In this document: piece after piece, positions 9,056 through 18,250 of the stretch
Layout: every line of letters begins with the position of its first letter
Numbering within the stretch: position 1 is the first letter of the stretch
From: Phycisphaerales bacterium
GTDB lineage: Bacteria > Planctomycetota > Phycisphaerae > Phycisphaerales > UBA5793
Length of the DNA: 64,000 bases
Reading direction: 5' to 3'
NCBI GenBank assembly: GCA_026647365.1
Contig: JAPKGW010000015.1
Coordinates: forward strand, 4,177-68,176
Made by a program: the position numbers and the translations under genes
The notes under the pieces: model-generated
The model's input: the letters and a program-made list of their open reading frames with translations, nothing else
Database searches by the model: none
What the model was told of the DNA's origin: nothing

Positions 9056-10804
9056 ATGCGGCGGAGATTCATCGGACAACAGTTTCTGATCCTCCTGCTC
9101 CTCGCGCTCCTGGGCGTCTTCCTCATCTGGCCCGTCGCGCTCACGGTGCGCGGCGCTTTCATGGACGCCGACGGCGGCTGGTCGCTCGAGCCGCTGCGCC
9201 TGGTCTTCACCGATCCGGCGCTGCGACGAGGTCTGCTCAACTCCGGGCTGATCGCGGCGGCGACGACGGTCGTGAGCCTGCTCATGGCGCTTCCCCTGGC
9301 GGTGCTCGCATCGCGTTACGACTTCTTCGGCCGGGGCGCTCTGGGCGCGCTGGTCCTGGTGCCGATGGTGCTGCCTCCCTTCGTCGGCGCAATCGGGATG
9401 AAGCACCTGCTCGGCCGTTTCGGCGCGATCAATGCGCTGCTGGGCACGGACTGGGACGTACTCGGCGTCGGCCGATTGTGGGGCGTGGTGCTCGTGGAGG
9501 CGCTGCACCTCTATCCGATCGTCTATCTCAACGCGCTGGCGGCGCTGGCGAATCTCGATCCGACGCTGGAGGAGGCGGCGCGGAATCTTGGCGCCTCGCG
9601 CTGGATGCGCTTCCGCCGCGTGATGCTGCCCCTGATCCGTCCCGGTCTCTTCGCCGGCTGCACAATCGTCTTCATCTGGTCGTTCACGGAACTCGGGACG
9701 CCGTTGATGTTCGATCTTCGGCACGTCCTGCCCGTGCAGGTGTTCTATCAACTCAAGGAGATGGAATCGTCGGCGCAGCCTTACGCGCTCACGGTCGTGA
9801 TGCTGGCGTCGGCGATGCTGCTCTATGTCGCGGGCCGGGGCCTCTTCGGACACCGCGGACACGCGATGTACGGCAGGGCCTCAAGCCGTTCAGAGGCAAA
9901 GCGGCTGGGCCCGGTCGGGGCGCTCGCGGCCTGGGGCGCGTCTGCTCTCGTGATCGTGCCGGCGATCCTGCCGCACCTGGGCGTCGTCGCCGCGAGTCTG
10001 AGCGAACCCGGGCAGTGGTACCGCTCGGTCGCGCCGCAGGCATGGACGACGGAGCACTATGTTCACGCCCTGGGCCACTCGCTGGCGATGGGATCGATCA
10101 CCAATTCCCTCAGGTACGCAGTCCTTGCCATGGCCGTCACGCTGGTGGCGGGCACGGCGATTGGCTATCTGATCGTGCGCGGGCGGGCGTACGGCGGTCG
10201 GCTGCTCGATGGGCTGGCGATGCTGCCCCTGGCGGTTCCGGGGCTGGTGCTGGCCTTCGGTTACGTGGCGATGACGCTTCATCCGCCTTTTTCATGGCGA
10301 GGCGAGGGCGCCGGCTCGGGCGGCTTTCAGGCGTGGCTGGCGCCGATCATGGCACGCTTTGACGTGCTCGGACCCGAGGCCGATCCCATGCTGCTGCTGG
10401 TGATCGCCTATGCCGTGCGACGCCTGCCTTACATGGTCAGGTCGGTGACGGCCGGGCTTGAGCAGACGCCGGCCGACCTGGAGGACGCGGCACGAAACCT
10501 CGGCGCGGGACCGCTCCGCGCCTCAATGGCGATCACGCTGCCGCTGATCATGGCCAATCTCATCGCAGGCGGGCTGCTCGTCTTCAGTTTCTCGATGCTC
10601 GAAGTTTCCGATTCGCTCATCCTGGCACAGCGCGAGATCCACTACCCGATGACCAAGGCGATCTACACGCTGCATCAGCGCCTGGGCGACGGCGAATACC
10701 TGGCCTCGGCCATGGGCGTGTGGGGGATGCTGCTGCTGATTGTGACGCTGGCGGGCGCGTCGGTGCTGATGGGACGAAAAGCCGGTGCGCTGTTTCGCAT
10801 CTGA
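9056..10804 (+). CDS. ABC transporter permease, fused double BPD-type domain (iron(III)/thiamine-type)
   Basis: 582 aa and ~12 TM, with two EAA loops: 'LEEAARNLGASRWMRFRRVMLPLIRPG' and 'LEDAARNLGAGPLRASMAITLPLIMAN'. No ATPase or binding-protein gene is adjacent. Confidence 0.8.
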   Translation: MRRRFIGQQFLILLLLALLGVFLIWPVALTVRGAFMDADGGWSLEPLRLVFTDPALRRGLLNSGLIAAATTVVSLLMALPLAVLASRYDFFGRGALGALVLVPMVLPPFVGAIGMKHLLGRFGAINALLGTDWDVLGVGRLWGVVLVEALHLYPIVYLNALAALANLDPTLEEAARNLGASRWMRFRRVMLPLIRPGLFAGCTIVFIWSFTELGTPLMFDLRHVLPVQVFYQLKEMESSAQPYALTVVMLASAMLLYVAGRGLFGHRGHAMYGRASSRSEAKRLGPVGALAAWGASALVIVPAILPHLGVVAASLSEPGQWYRSVAPQAWTTEHYVHALGHSLAMGSITNSLRYAVLAMAVTLVAGTAIGYLIVRGRAYGGRLLDGLAMLPLAVPGLVLAFGYVAMTLHPPFSWRGEGAGSGGFQAWLAPIMARFDVLGPEADPMLLLVIAYAVRRLPYMVRSVTAGLEQTPADLEDAARNLGAGPLRASMAITLPLIMANLIAGGLLVFSFSMLEVSDSLILAQREIHYPMTKAIYTLHQRLGDGEYLASAMGVWGMLLLIVTLAGASVLMGRKAGALFRI

Positions 10805-10879
10805 GGCGGGAGCGTACTCCAGGCTCGCGTATGAAGGTCTGCGGAAAGCGGAGTCTGAACCCAGTTCTCCGGCGGCGGA

Positions 10880-11707
10880 CTAACTTGCGTCGGAAACCGC
10901 AGATGGCCTCGGCCGGGCGCCGGCCCACAGGGCCATGAACTCGGCGCGCGTGCGAACGCACAGATTTTCGTAGATGCACTTGGTGTGGTCGTGGATGGTG
11001 TGCTCGCTTCGTTCAAGGCGGCCGGCGATGTCGCGCTTGCTCAGTCCCTGGGCGAGAAGTTCGGCGACCCGCCGCTGCCCGGGCGTGAGGCGCGCCAGCA
11101 GCGAGGCAGCCCTTGCACGATCTCCGTTGGTCGCCTCGAGGTAGAAGTATTCGGCCGCGCGCCAGGCCTGGGTGAGCAACGCCCGACGGCCCGCGTCCTC
11201 CGCCAGCGCCCGCTCCTGCGACCAGATGGAAAGGAAGAATGTGCGGGTGCGCCCGTTGCCGGATAATCCGGCCGCGAGCGGTCCGCCGACGTAATCGAGT
11301 GATTCGACGCCGAGGCGGCGCCAGTACGCCTCCATCGTGCGCTTCTGGTCGTCCGTGTCATAACGATGGCGCGTGAGCCGGCCGCAGACCAGAGACGGCG
11401 CAGACTGAGCGACCATCCCCGGCGTGACGCCCGCGTCGGAGAGAGTGACCATGAATTGCCTTTTCCACCGATCGATCGCATCAGCCTGGGCGGCACTGAC
11501 GCCCAGGTATACGCGCTCCCAGGTGGCGTCGTCGGCCCCTGTTCCGTCCCACAGGGAAACGATCTGCCGCGGAGCGAGGTGACGGCGTACGGCCTCGGCG
11601 GCTTCACGAAGCCACCCATCGGGTGTGGATTCGTGGACCCGGGAGAAGGCGATGATGCAGTCGGTCAGTGCTTTGAGTTGGTCCCGCTGGTCGGTGGTGG
11701 CGACCAT
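10880..11707 (-). CDS. LuxR-family transcriptional regulator (C-terminal HTH)
   Basis: 'LTPGQRRVAELLAQGLSKRDIAGRLERSEHTIHDHTKCIYENLCVRTRAEFMALW'. ATG 11707 is preceded by AGGGGA. Confidence 0.75.
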   Translation of the reverse strand: MVATTDQRDQLKALTDCIIAFSRVHESTPDGWLREAAEAVRRHLAPRQIVSLWDGTGADDATWERVYLGVSAAQADAIDRWKRQFMVTLSDAGVTPGMVAQSAPSLVCGRLTRHRYDTDDQKRTMEAYWRRLGVESLDYVGGPLAAGLSGNGRTRTFFLSIWSQERALAEDAGRRALLTQAWRAAEYFYLEATNGDRARAASLLARLTPGQRRVAELLAQGLSKRDIAGRLERSEHTIHDHTKCIYENLCVRTRAEFMALWAGARPRPSAVSDAS

Positions 11708-11905
11708 TGATGTGTCCCCTGACAGATGTGGAGCGCCCCGGAACCGGTCGCCGTCAGTTGCGGCCGGCGCGTGGCGATGGGCGAGCCGTATCCTGTGAAC
11801 CGTTGGGCGATGCACGGTATTTCATACCGGGATGCGATATCCGCGTTGCAACCGTCGGGCGATTCGCTCCTCACCCCCCCCGCCGCTCCAGCCTACCATC
11901 GCTTC

Positions 11906-13114
11906 ATGTCCGTTTCGGATCAGCACCTCGATCGCCTCCTTCGGGGCATTGCGGCAGTCTACACCCGGGCCGAGTTGGGACGCAAACTGGAGGCGTCGCG
12001 GCGCGCCGGCCGGCCCCTGCGTGTCAAACTCGGCCTCGACCCCTCCAGCCCGGACATCCACCTCGGGCACACGGTCGTCCTCGGCCTGATGCGCCGCTTT
12101 CAGGATCTCGGCCACGTCGCCGTGCTGATCATCGGCGACTACACGGCCCGCATCGGCGATCCCTCGGGCAAGACCAGGACTCGACCCATGCTTACCGAGG
12201 CGGAGATCGACGCCAATGCCCGAACCTACCTGGAACAGGCCACGCGAGTCCTGGATGCCGATCCGAAGCGCCTGGAAGTCCGCCGCAACAGCGAGTGGCT
12301 CTCGAAACTGACTTTCGCCGACACCCTCCGCCTTGCCAGCCAGATGACCGTCGCGCGCATGCTTGAGCGCGACACATTCGAGAAGCGCTACAGGAGCGGC
12401 CAGCCCATCGCCCTGCATGAGTTCCTTTATCCGCTGATGCAGGGGTGGGACTCAGTGTGCATCAAGGCCGACGTCGAGCTCGGGGGGACCGATCAGACCT
12501 TCAACAACCTCGTCGGACGCGACTTCCAGGTCGCCAACGGCCAGGAGCCGCAGGTCGTCATCACGATGCCCATCCTCCGCGGCCTCGACGGGCACGAGAA
12601 GATGAGCAAATCGCTGGGCAACTACATCGGCGTGAGCGAGAGCCCCGACGACATGTTCGGCAAGACGATGTCGATCCCCGATGCGATCATGCACGAGTGG
12701 TTCACGCTGTGCACGGCGATCGATCCGGCGGAGGTCGCTCTGCTCTGCGATTCGACTCGCACGCATCCGCGCGAGGCGAAGGACCGGCTCGCGCGCGCGA
12801 TCGTCGAGCGCTTTCACGGCCCGGCGGCCGCAGAGGGGGCGTCACGGGAGTTTGCCTCGCGCTTCAGCGCCGGCAACCTGCCCAGCGATCTCGAAACACG
12901 CTCGGTGGCGAAGGGTGAGATGGTGCTCGTCGATCTCATCCGCGAAGTCGGCTTCGCCGCGAGCAACAGCGAGGCGCGGCGGCTGGTAACCCAGGGGGCC
13001 GTGAGTGTTGATGAGACCAGGGCGACGGAGGCATCGGCCCCGGTGCACATCGGCAACGACGGCATTGTCCTGCGCGTCGGCAAGCGCCGCATCTGCCGCG
13101 TTGTCGTAAAATGA
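11906..13114 (+). CDS. tyrS: Tyrosine--tRNA ligase
   Basis: HIGH motif 'DIHLGHTV', 'KMSKSLGNYIG', C-terminal S4-like 'EARRLVTQGAVSVDE'. ATG 11906 (MSVSDQHLDRLL...). Confidence 0.9.
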   Translation: MSVSDQHLDRLLRGIAAVYTRAELGRKLEASRRAGRPLRVKLGLDPSSPDIHLGHTVVLGLMRRFQDLGHVAVLIIGDYTARIGDPSGKTRTRPMLTEAEIDANARTYLEQATRVLDADPKRLEVRRNSEWLSKLTFADTLRLASQMTVARMLERDTFEKRYRSGQPIALHEFLYPLMQGWDSVCIKADVELGGTDQTFNNLVGRDFQVANGQEPQVVITMPILRGLDGHEKMSKSLGNYIGVSESPDDMFGKTMSIPDAIMHEWFTLCTAIDPAEVALLCDSTRTHPREAKDRLARAIVERFHGPAAAEGASREFASRFSAGNLPSDLETRSVAKGEMVLVDLIREVGFAASNSEARRLVTQGAVSVDETRATEASAPVHIGNDGIVLRVGKRRICRVVVK

Positions 13115-13147
13115 TCGACAGGTCTCCCTTCCCGAGGAGCATGATCC

Positions 13148-13687
13148 ATGAACCGAATCCACCGCAGCGCCTCCGCCACGCGCATCATTCCTTCGCCCGT
13201 CGGCGCATTCGTCCTCACGCTTGCCTCCGACGGCTCGCTCCGCTCGCGCTGGCGCGAACTCTCGGAGTTGCGCGAAGCGAGCGAACGATCGCACGGCAAC
13301 TCGACGTGGCTTGACGACGTGGCCGAGCGGTTGCGCGCCTACTTCGCCGGACGTGATGTACCGGACTGGTCGGACGTGCCGACGCCCGACGGTCCGCCCT
13401 TTCACCGCGCGTGTTGGGAAGCGTGCCGGCGCATCGGTCACGGCGAAGTGATGACGTACGCCGATCTCGCCGAAGCGGCCGGCTCGCCGATGGCCTCGCG
13501 CGCCGCCGGACAGGCGATGCGGTCCAATCCCCTTCCAGTGATCGTCCCCTGCCACCGCGTCGTGGGAAGTGGCGGACGCCTGCACGGCTACGCCGGCACC
13601 ACCGAAGGAGACAGCGTTGCACTGCGCATCAAGCGCGGCCTTCTGGAACTTGAACGGCTCGCGATGCCCCTCCTCGCCGGGCGATAG
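13148..13687 (+). CDS. ogt: Methylated-DNA--protein-cysteine S-methyltransferase
   Basis: Canonical active site 'VIVPCHRVVGSGGRLHGYAG' preceded by HTH 'MTYADLAEAAGSPMASRAAGQAMRSNP'. Confidence 0.85.
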   Translation: MNRIHRSASATRIIPSPVGAFVLTLASDGSLRSRWRELSELREASERSHGNSTWLDDVAERLRAYFAGRDVPDWSDVPTPDGPPFHRACWEACRRIGHGEVMTYADLAEAAGSPMASRAAGQAMRSNPLPVIVPCHRVVGSGGRLHGYAGTTEGDSVALRIKRGLLELERLAMPLLAGR

Positions 13688-13815
13688 CGTTAGCCGCAGA
13701 ACTGCGGGGCCGGCGCAGTGTCACGGCACACCCTGCGCCCTGCGTCAACGCCTGACGCCTCTGCTGCTCGTGCAGACTGGCGCCTGCGGTTGGTTTGCGC
13801 GCACACTCGCTTGCA

Positions 13816-16188
13816 TTACTTCTTCGGCGCGCCTGCCTTGATCTTCGCGCGCATCTCGTCGTCAAGTTTCTCGAGGCCGCCTTCACTGCGGACCACGATC
13901 GCGGTGTCGGGGCTGACCATCACGACGATGAAGCGGCCGGCAGCGAGGGCCTTGCGCAGGTCGGGGCGCAGGGCGATGAGGTCGAAGTAGGCATCGGACC
14001 CGAATGTGATCTCGATCGCCTTGGCTTCTTCGGTAAGGCCGGAATCGACGAGGTAGCCGGAGACGAGGGCGAAGGTGCGGCCGTCGATGCGGCGGACGCT
14101 CAGGAAGGACGTGTTGACATTCTGCTCTTCGAGGGCCTGCGCTTCGCGCGCGCGGGCCTGGCGGGCTGCGACGCGGAAGGCTCGCTCGCCGGCGGCATCG
14201 GCGGGAACGCCACCGACGCCTCCTTCCATACCGCCGCCTCTGCCGCCGAAGAAGAAGTCGCTCTCAAAGCCTTCGGCCGCCCGATCGCGCTGCAGGGACT
14301 CGGCCTCGCGCAGCGATTCGTCCGTGACGACCCGCCTCACTGTGTCAAGCGCCGGCGCCGTGCTGGCGGGAATCTGCATCGTCAACGGTTCTGCTCTCTC
14401 CATTCCCATCGGACGATCCGCAAGCCGGCCATCGCGCAACTCGGGCGCGACCAGCCAACTCGTGTAGGGCGTCTGCAGACTGTACTTCGTAGCAAGGTCA
14501 ACAATCTCGCGCACCATCTCCGTCGATTCGCCGTCGAGGCGGATGCGGTCGATGAGGTAGGCGATCTTCCGCCCCGCCCAGAGGCGCGGCACGTAGGCCG
14601 CATCCTCCACCGGCTCGAACGAGACATTCGGCCAGGTGTACTCGATCTCCTTGCCGCCTCGCTTCGCCTTGAGCGTCACGCGGCCCTTGACGGCCTTCTC
14701 AAACTGCCCGGCCAGGAGAATCTGACGCCCGTGATACAGGTCCCCCAGCGTCGGCGGGTACTGCTCGGTAATTACCGCATCGGGCAACGTGAGGCGCAGG
14801 TCGGTGAGCACCGGCTCGCTGAAGACGGAGAAGAAGTCGCCGAGGCTGTGCTCGAGATTCTCGCCGGGCTGGACGTAAGTCGGTATGCCGCCGTAGCCGG
14901 TTGCGAGTGCATCGAGAAGTTTGGTGTTCACATCATGTCCGACGCCGAATGGGAAGAGGCGAACCGATCCGCGAAAGTCCTTCGTCTCGCGCGCGAACAT
15001 GTCCTCGATGACCTCGCGCGTCTGATCGCCTTTCCCGTCGGTAAGGAAGATGATGACGAAGGGCCGGCCGGCGGCGCCGGCGTCGCGCAGGCCCAGCGCG
15101 GCCTTGAGAGCATCGTTGATGTTCGTGCCGCCGCTGGGCTTGAAGGTCTTGATGCGCCCGATCGCCTCGTCGCGGGCGGCCTTGTCCGCCTGGCGCAGTT
15201 CGCTGAAGACGAGATCGAAGCCCGTCGAGAAGCGCACGATCGAGAAGCGGTCCACATCCTCCAGGCGGTTGACGCAGTAGGAGAGGGCCTGCTTTGCCTG
15301 CTCCATCTTGTCGTCGCTAGCCATCGAGCCGGAGGTGTCCACGACGAAGACGTAGTCCTGCGGCACCTGCACGGCATCATCCCAGATCGGCTTGGGGGCA
15401 AGCAGGAGCAGGAAGTGCCCCGGCTCATCCCCGCTCTCGCGGTACGCCACGACGGAAAGCCCCACGTCGCGCTGCTGCGCGTCATAGAGCAGAATGAAGT
15501 CGTCGGCGAGGCTGACCTTGTTGCGCTCGAACGCCACGCGGGCTTTCGTGTCGCCGTCGCGGACCACTTCGACCTCGTGCGTCGGCGACCAGATGCCGCG
15601 CAGCGGCGTGCTTGATGAAAGCGTTACATCGAAGCGCACTGTGCCGTGGGCGATGCTGTTCTCGCCGGGCGTGCGCAGGGGATACTGGTATCGCCACATC
15701 TCGGCCACGGTGTCCGTTACCTGCTGATAGGAGAGTTGAATCTCCGTCGTCGCCCCCGGCTCGATGGGGAAGATGCGGGCGCGGAGCAGGCGCCGGCCGA
15801 TGAACTCGATCAGCCCCGGATCGCGGTTGCCGCGCACGATGCGCTCGTAGATCTCGCGGGCCTTGTCGGCGGGGAGAACCTCGCCCTCGACCATCTTGCC
15901 GTTGAATGTCATGCGGAAGTCGGTCAGGTCCGCCCCTTCTGGGATCGGGAAGATGTACGTCGCCTCAAGTCGCTGGCGTGAGGTGTTGAGGAAGGTCTGA
16001 TTGATGGTGGTAAGGGCCACGCGGTCGGTGATACCGATGCGCACGAGGTGGTCCTCGATGCGCAACGGATTGGGCCGTGCGCCCTCGACAACGAGCACGC
16101 CTGACGCCTCCGCGGTGGATACGTGCATGAGGATGAAGAGCGAGGAGCACAGGGTCAGGGCGATGAGCAGACGGGTACGGAACTTCAT
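13816..16188 (-). CDS. VIT domain + von Willebrand factor type A domain secreted protein
   Basis: Signal peptide from ATG 16188 (MKFRTRLLIALTL..., GGGAGG RBS). N-terminal VIT-like region. vWA MIDAS motif 'YVFVVDTSGSMASDDKMEQAK'. Confidence 0.85.
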   Translation of the reverse strand: MKFRTRLLIALTLCSSLFILMHVSTAEASGVLVVEGARPNPLRIEDHLVRIGITDRVALTTINQTFLNTSRQRLEATYIFPIPEGADLTDFRMTFNGKMVEGEVLPADKAREIYERIVRGNRDPGLIEFIGRRLLRARIFPIEPGATTEIQLSYQQVTDTVAEMWRYQYPLRTPGENSIAHGTVRFDVTLSSSTPLRGIWSPTHEVEVVRDGDTKARVAFERNKVSLADDFILLYDAQQRDVGLSVVAYRESGDEPGHFLLLLAPKPIWDDAVQVPQDYVFVVDTSGSMASDDKMEQAKQALSYCVNRLEDVDRFSIVRFSTGFDLVFSELRQADKAARDEAIGRIKTFKPSGGTNINDALKAALGLRDAGAAGRPFVIIFLTDGKGDQTREVIEDMFARETKDFRGSVRLFPFGVGHDVNTKLLDALATGYGGIPTYVQPGENLEHSLGDFFSVFSEPVLTDLRLTLPDAVITEQYPPTLGDLYHGRQILLAGQFEKAVKGRVTLKAKRGGKEIEYTWPNVSFEPVEDAAYVPRLWAGRKIAYLIDRIRLDGESTEMVREIVDLATKYSLQTPYTSWLVAPELRDGRLADRPMGMERAEPLTMQIPASTAPALDTVRRVVTDESLREAESLQRDRAAEGFESDFFFGGRGGGMEGGVGGVPADAAGERAFRVAARQARAREAQALEEQNVNTSFLSVRRIDGRTFALVSGYLVDSGLTEEAKAIEITFGSDAYFDLIALRPDLRKALAAGRFIVVMVSPDTAIVVRSEGGLEKLDDEMRAKIKAGAPKK

Positions 16189-16347
16189 GGCAGCCTCCCG
16201 GGAGCGGGCGTGAGCCGCCCCCATCCTCTAGACGCACGACCCGGCCTCCTGTTAGCCCGAATCGGCGATTGCCGCCGCAAATGGTGATTCCGGCGGTCGA
16301 CGACTATGATCGAGCCGATGCCGGGCCATGTCGCCCGGCCTGTATCC

Positions 16348-16420
16348 GGGGCCGTAGCTCAATTGGGAGAGCACTGCCTTTGCAAGGCAGGGGTTAGGGG
16401 TTCGAGCCCCCTCGGCTCCA
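16348..16420 (+). tRNA. tRNA-Ala (anticodon UGC)
   Basis: A 73-nt cloverleaf folded by hand. Acceptor GGGGCCG/CGGCTCC with the G3:U70 Ala identity pair, anticodon loop cTTTGCAAg, T-arm AGGGG-TTCGAGC-CCCCT. CCA is not encoded. Confidence 0.95.
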
Positions 16421-16527
16421 TTCGACTCCGCGGCGGTGCATGGGGGTCCTTCCCCGTGCGGACGGCGCGCACCCGGAGAGCACCCCACGATTCGCAGAGC
16501 CTCATCGCGGGCGTCGTCGTGTCTCCA

Positions 16528-17907
16528 TCAATCCAGCTTGTACTCCCACCCCTTGCGGTAGGTCTTGCTGATGAAAGCGTTGGCGGATTCGTTGTTCGTA
16601 AACTTCATCGAATCGGGGTTGTAGAGCAATCGCCCGCCGACCTTCTGCGCCACGCAGCCCAGCAGAATCATCTCGGTGAACGGCCCGGCGTAGGCGAAGT
16701 TGCTCTTGGGGAAGTCGTAGGGCTTTTCGCCGGTGCAGGCGAGGTACCACTCCTTGTGATGACCGTCGGCGGAGCGCTCGATCATCTGCGGCGCCTTGCC
16801 GAACTCCTCGTGCCGCGCTGCGGGGAGTAGTCGCGGCGGGGCCTTGGCGTTCGGCAGGCAGATCATCTTGCCCTTGCTGCCGATGTACAGCGCGCCCTCG
16901 CTGGTCATCTGCACGTCGGCGGCGAGTTCTTCGGGTCGATCCGGCTTGCGGCCGCCATCGTGCCAGTAGAGCACGAACGCAGGGCGGTCGCCCGCCGCGG
17001 GGAACTCGTAGCGCACGGTGCTGGCTTTGTTGTACATCTCGCCGTCACCAATCGGTTCGCCGGCGACGAGTTCGACCGCGGTCGGGTAGCCGGGGTTCAT
17101 CGCCCAGTAGACGGGATCGACCTCATGGCAGGCCATGTCGCCCAGCGCGCCGCAGCCGAAGTCCCACCAGCCGCGCCAGTTGAAAGGGTGATACAGTCCG
17201 CCCCAGCGGTCGGCGGGGTTATGGCGGTACGGACGCTCGGGCGCCGGGCCGAGCCAATTGTCCCAGTCCATCGTGGAGGGGATTGCTTCTGCGCCTTCAG
17301 GGCGCGGCAGACCCTGCCGCCACCACGGCCGATCCGTCCACACGTGCGCTTCCTTCAAGTCGCCGATGGCGCCGCTGCGCAGGTAGTCGATGGTGAGGCG
17401 GAGTTCTTCGGAGGCGTGGCCCTGGTTGCCCATCTGCGTGGCTAGTTTATATTTCTTCTGCGCGAGCGTGAGTTGCCGCGCTTCCCACGGCGTGTGGGTG
17501 AGGGGCTTCTGCGTGTAGACGTGCTTGCCGAGGCTCATCGCGATCATCGTGGCGGGGAAGTGATGATGGTCAGGCGTGCCGACCATCACGGCGTCGATGT
17601 CCGCATGATGCTTGTCGAACATTCGCCGATAGTCTGTGAAGCCCGCGGCGGAAGACCAGCGTTCGACGGCCGGACCCCAGCGCGTCTGGTCGGGATCGGT
17701 GAAGCACGGGCAGCCCGCGCCGAGCGCGGCGAGGGGCGCGATGTGCTGTCCGCCGGCGATCCCGCCCACGCCGACATACGCGACGTTCAGGCGGGCGTTG
17801 GCGCCGAAGATGCGCCCATACGACGATGCGGTCATCGCCCATGCGGTCGCGGCGGCGGAAGTCTGCAGGAATTGACGGCGAGTGATGGTGCAGCGGATGG
17901 TGTTCAT
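16528..17907 (-). CDS. Gfo/Idh/MocA-family oxidoreductase with twin-arginine (Tat) signal
   Basis: 'TRRQFLQTSAAATAWA' Tat motif. Rossmann segment 'LNVAYVGVGGIAGGQH'. It has the typical planctomycete periplasmic dehydrogenase architecture. Confidence 0.85.
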   Translation of the reverse strand: MNTIRCTITRRQFLQTSAAATAWAMTASSYGRIFGANARLNVAYVGVGGIAGGQHIAPLAALGAGCPCFTDPDQTRWGPAVERWSSAAGFTDYRRMFDKHHADIDAVMVGTPDHHHFPATMIAMSLGKHVYTQKPLTHTPWEARQLTLAQKKYKLATQMGNQGHASEELRLTIDYLRSGAIGDLKEAHVWTDRPWWRQGLPRPEGAEAIPSTMDWDNWLGPAPERPYRHNPADRWGGLYHPFNWRGWWDFGCGALGDMACHEVDPVYWAMNPGYPTAVELVAGEPIGDGEMYNKASTVRYEFPAAGDRPAFVLYWHDGGRKPDRPEELAADVQMTSEGALYIGSKGKMICLPNAKAPPRLLPAARHEEFGKAPQMIERSADGHHKEWYLACTGEKPYDFPKSNFAYAGPFTEMILLGCVAQKVGGRLLYNPDSMKFTNNESANAFISKTYRKGWEYKLD

Positions 17908-18153
17908 GGTGCATCACTATACCGCCCGGCAAGGCCGCGGGGCGAGGGAAACCAACCCGAAGTCATGGCTGGGCGCTGTGCCCCAGGCGACGCTCCGATC
18001 GCGCAGGGTGGAGTCCAGGGCTCTGCCGATTCCTCAGCGACCACAGGGAATCGGAGTGACTTCAGGGACGGGCGATCGTCGCCATGCCCGGCGCCGCGGC
18101 GGGGCGAGCGATCGCAGAGGCGATTAGGTCTCGTGCAAAGGAACGCGCAACAG

Positions 18154-18248
18154 AAAACAAACGGGACAGGTACATTTATTTCTGCCAGAAAACCTCGTGT
18201 AACTCATTGATACTCAACGACATAAAATGTACCTGTCCCGTTTGTTTT
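18154..18248. repeat. AT-rich 95-bp element bounded by perfect 24-bp inverted repeats (hairpin / MITE-like / terminator)
   Basis: AAAACAAACGGGACAGGTACATTT (18154-18177) and its exact reverse complement (18225-18248) flank a 47-nt AT-rich spacer. It lies 3 bp past the stop of the antiporter gene. Confidence 0.9.
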
Positions 18249-18250
18249 GC

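Noticed and set aside
9007-10362. 451-aa + strand ORF overlapping the ABC permease in another frame
   Set aside because: It is extremely Arg/Gly/Ala/Pro-rich. The +1 frame (9056-10804) has TM helices and two EAA loops.
9056-10804. Orphan ABC permease as an anomaly
   Set aside because: Permease genes separated from their ATPase and binding-protein partners are common, and nothing in the sequence suggests decay or novelty.
13795-15615. 606-aa + strand ORF
   Set aside because: It is antisense to the VIT-vWA gene, which has clear MIDAS and signal-peptide features. The sequence looks like a shadow ORF.
16348-16420. tRNA-Ala as an integration hotspot for an island
   Set aside because: There is no integrase, no partial tRNA duplication and no att-like direct repeat in the flanks. 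The neighbouring genes look native.
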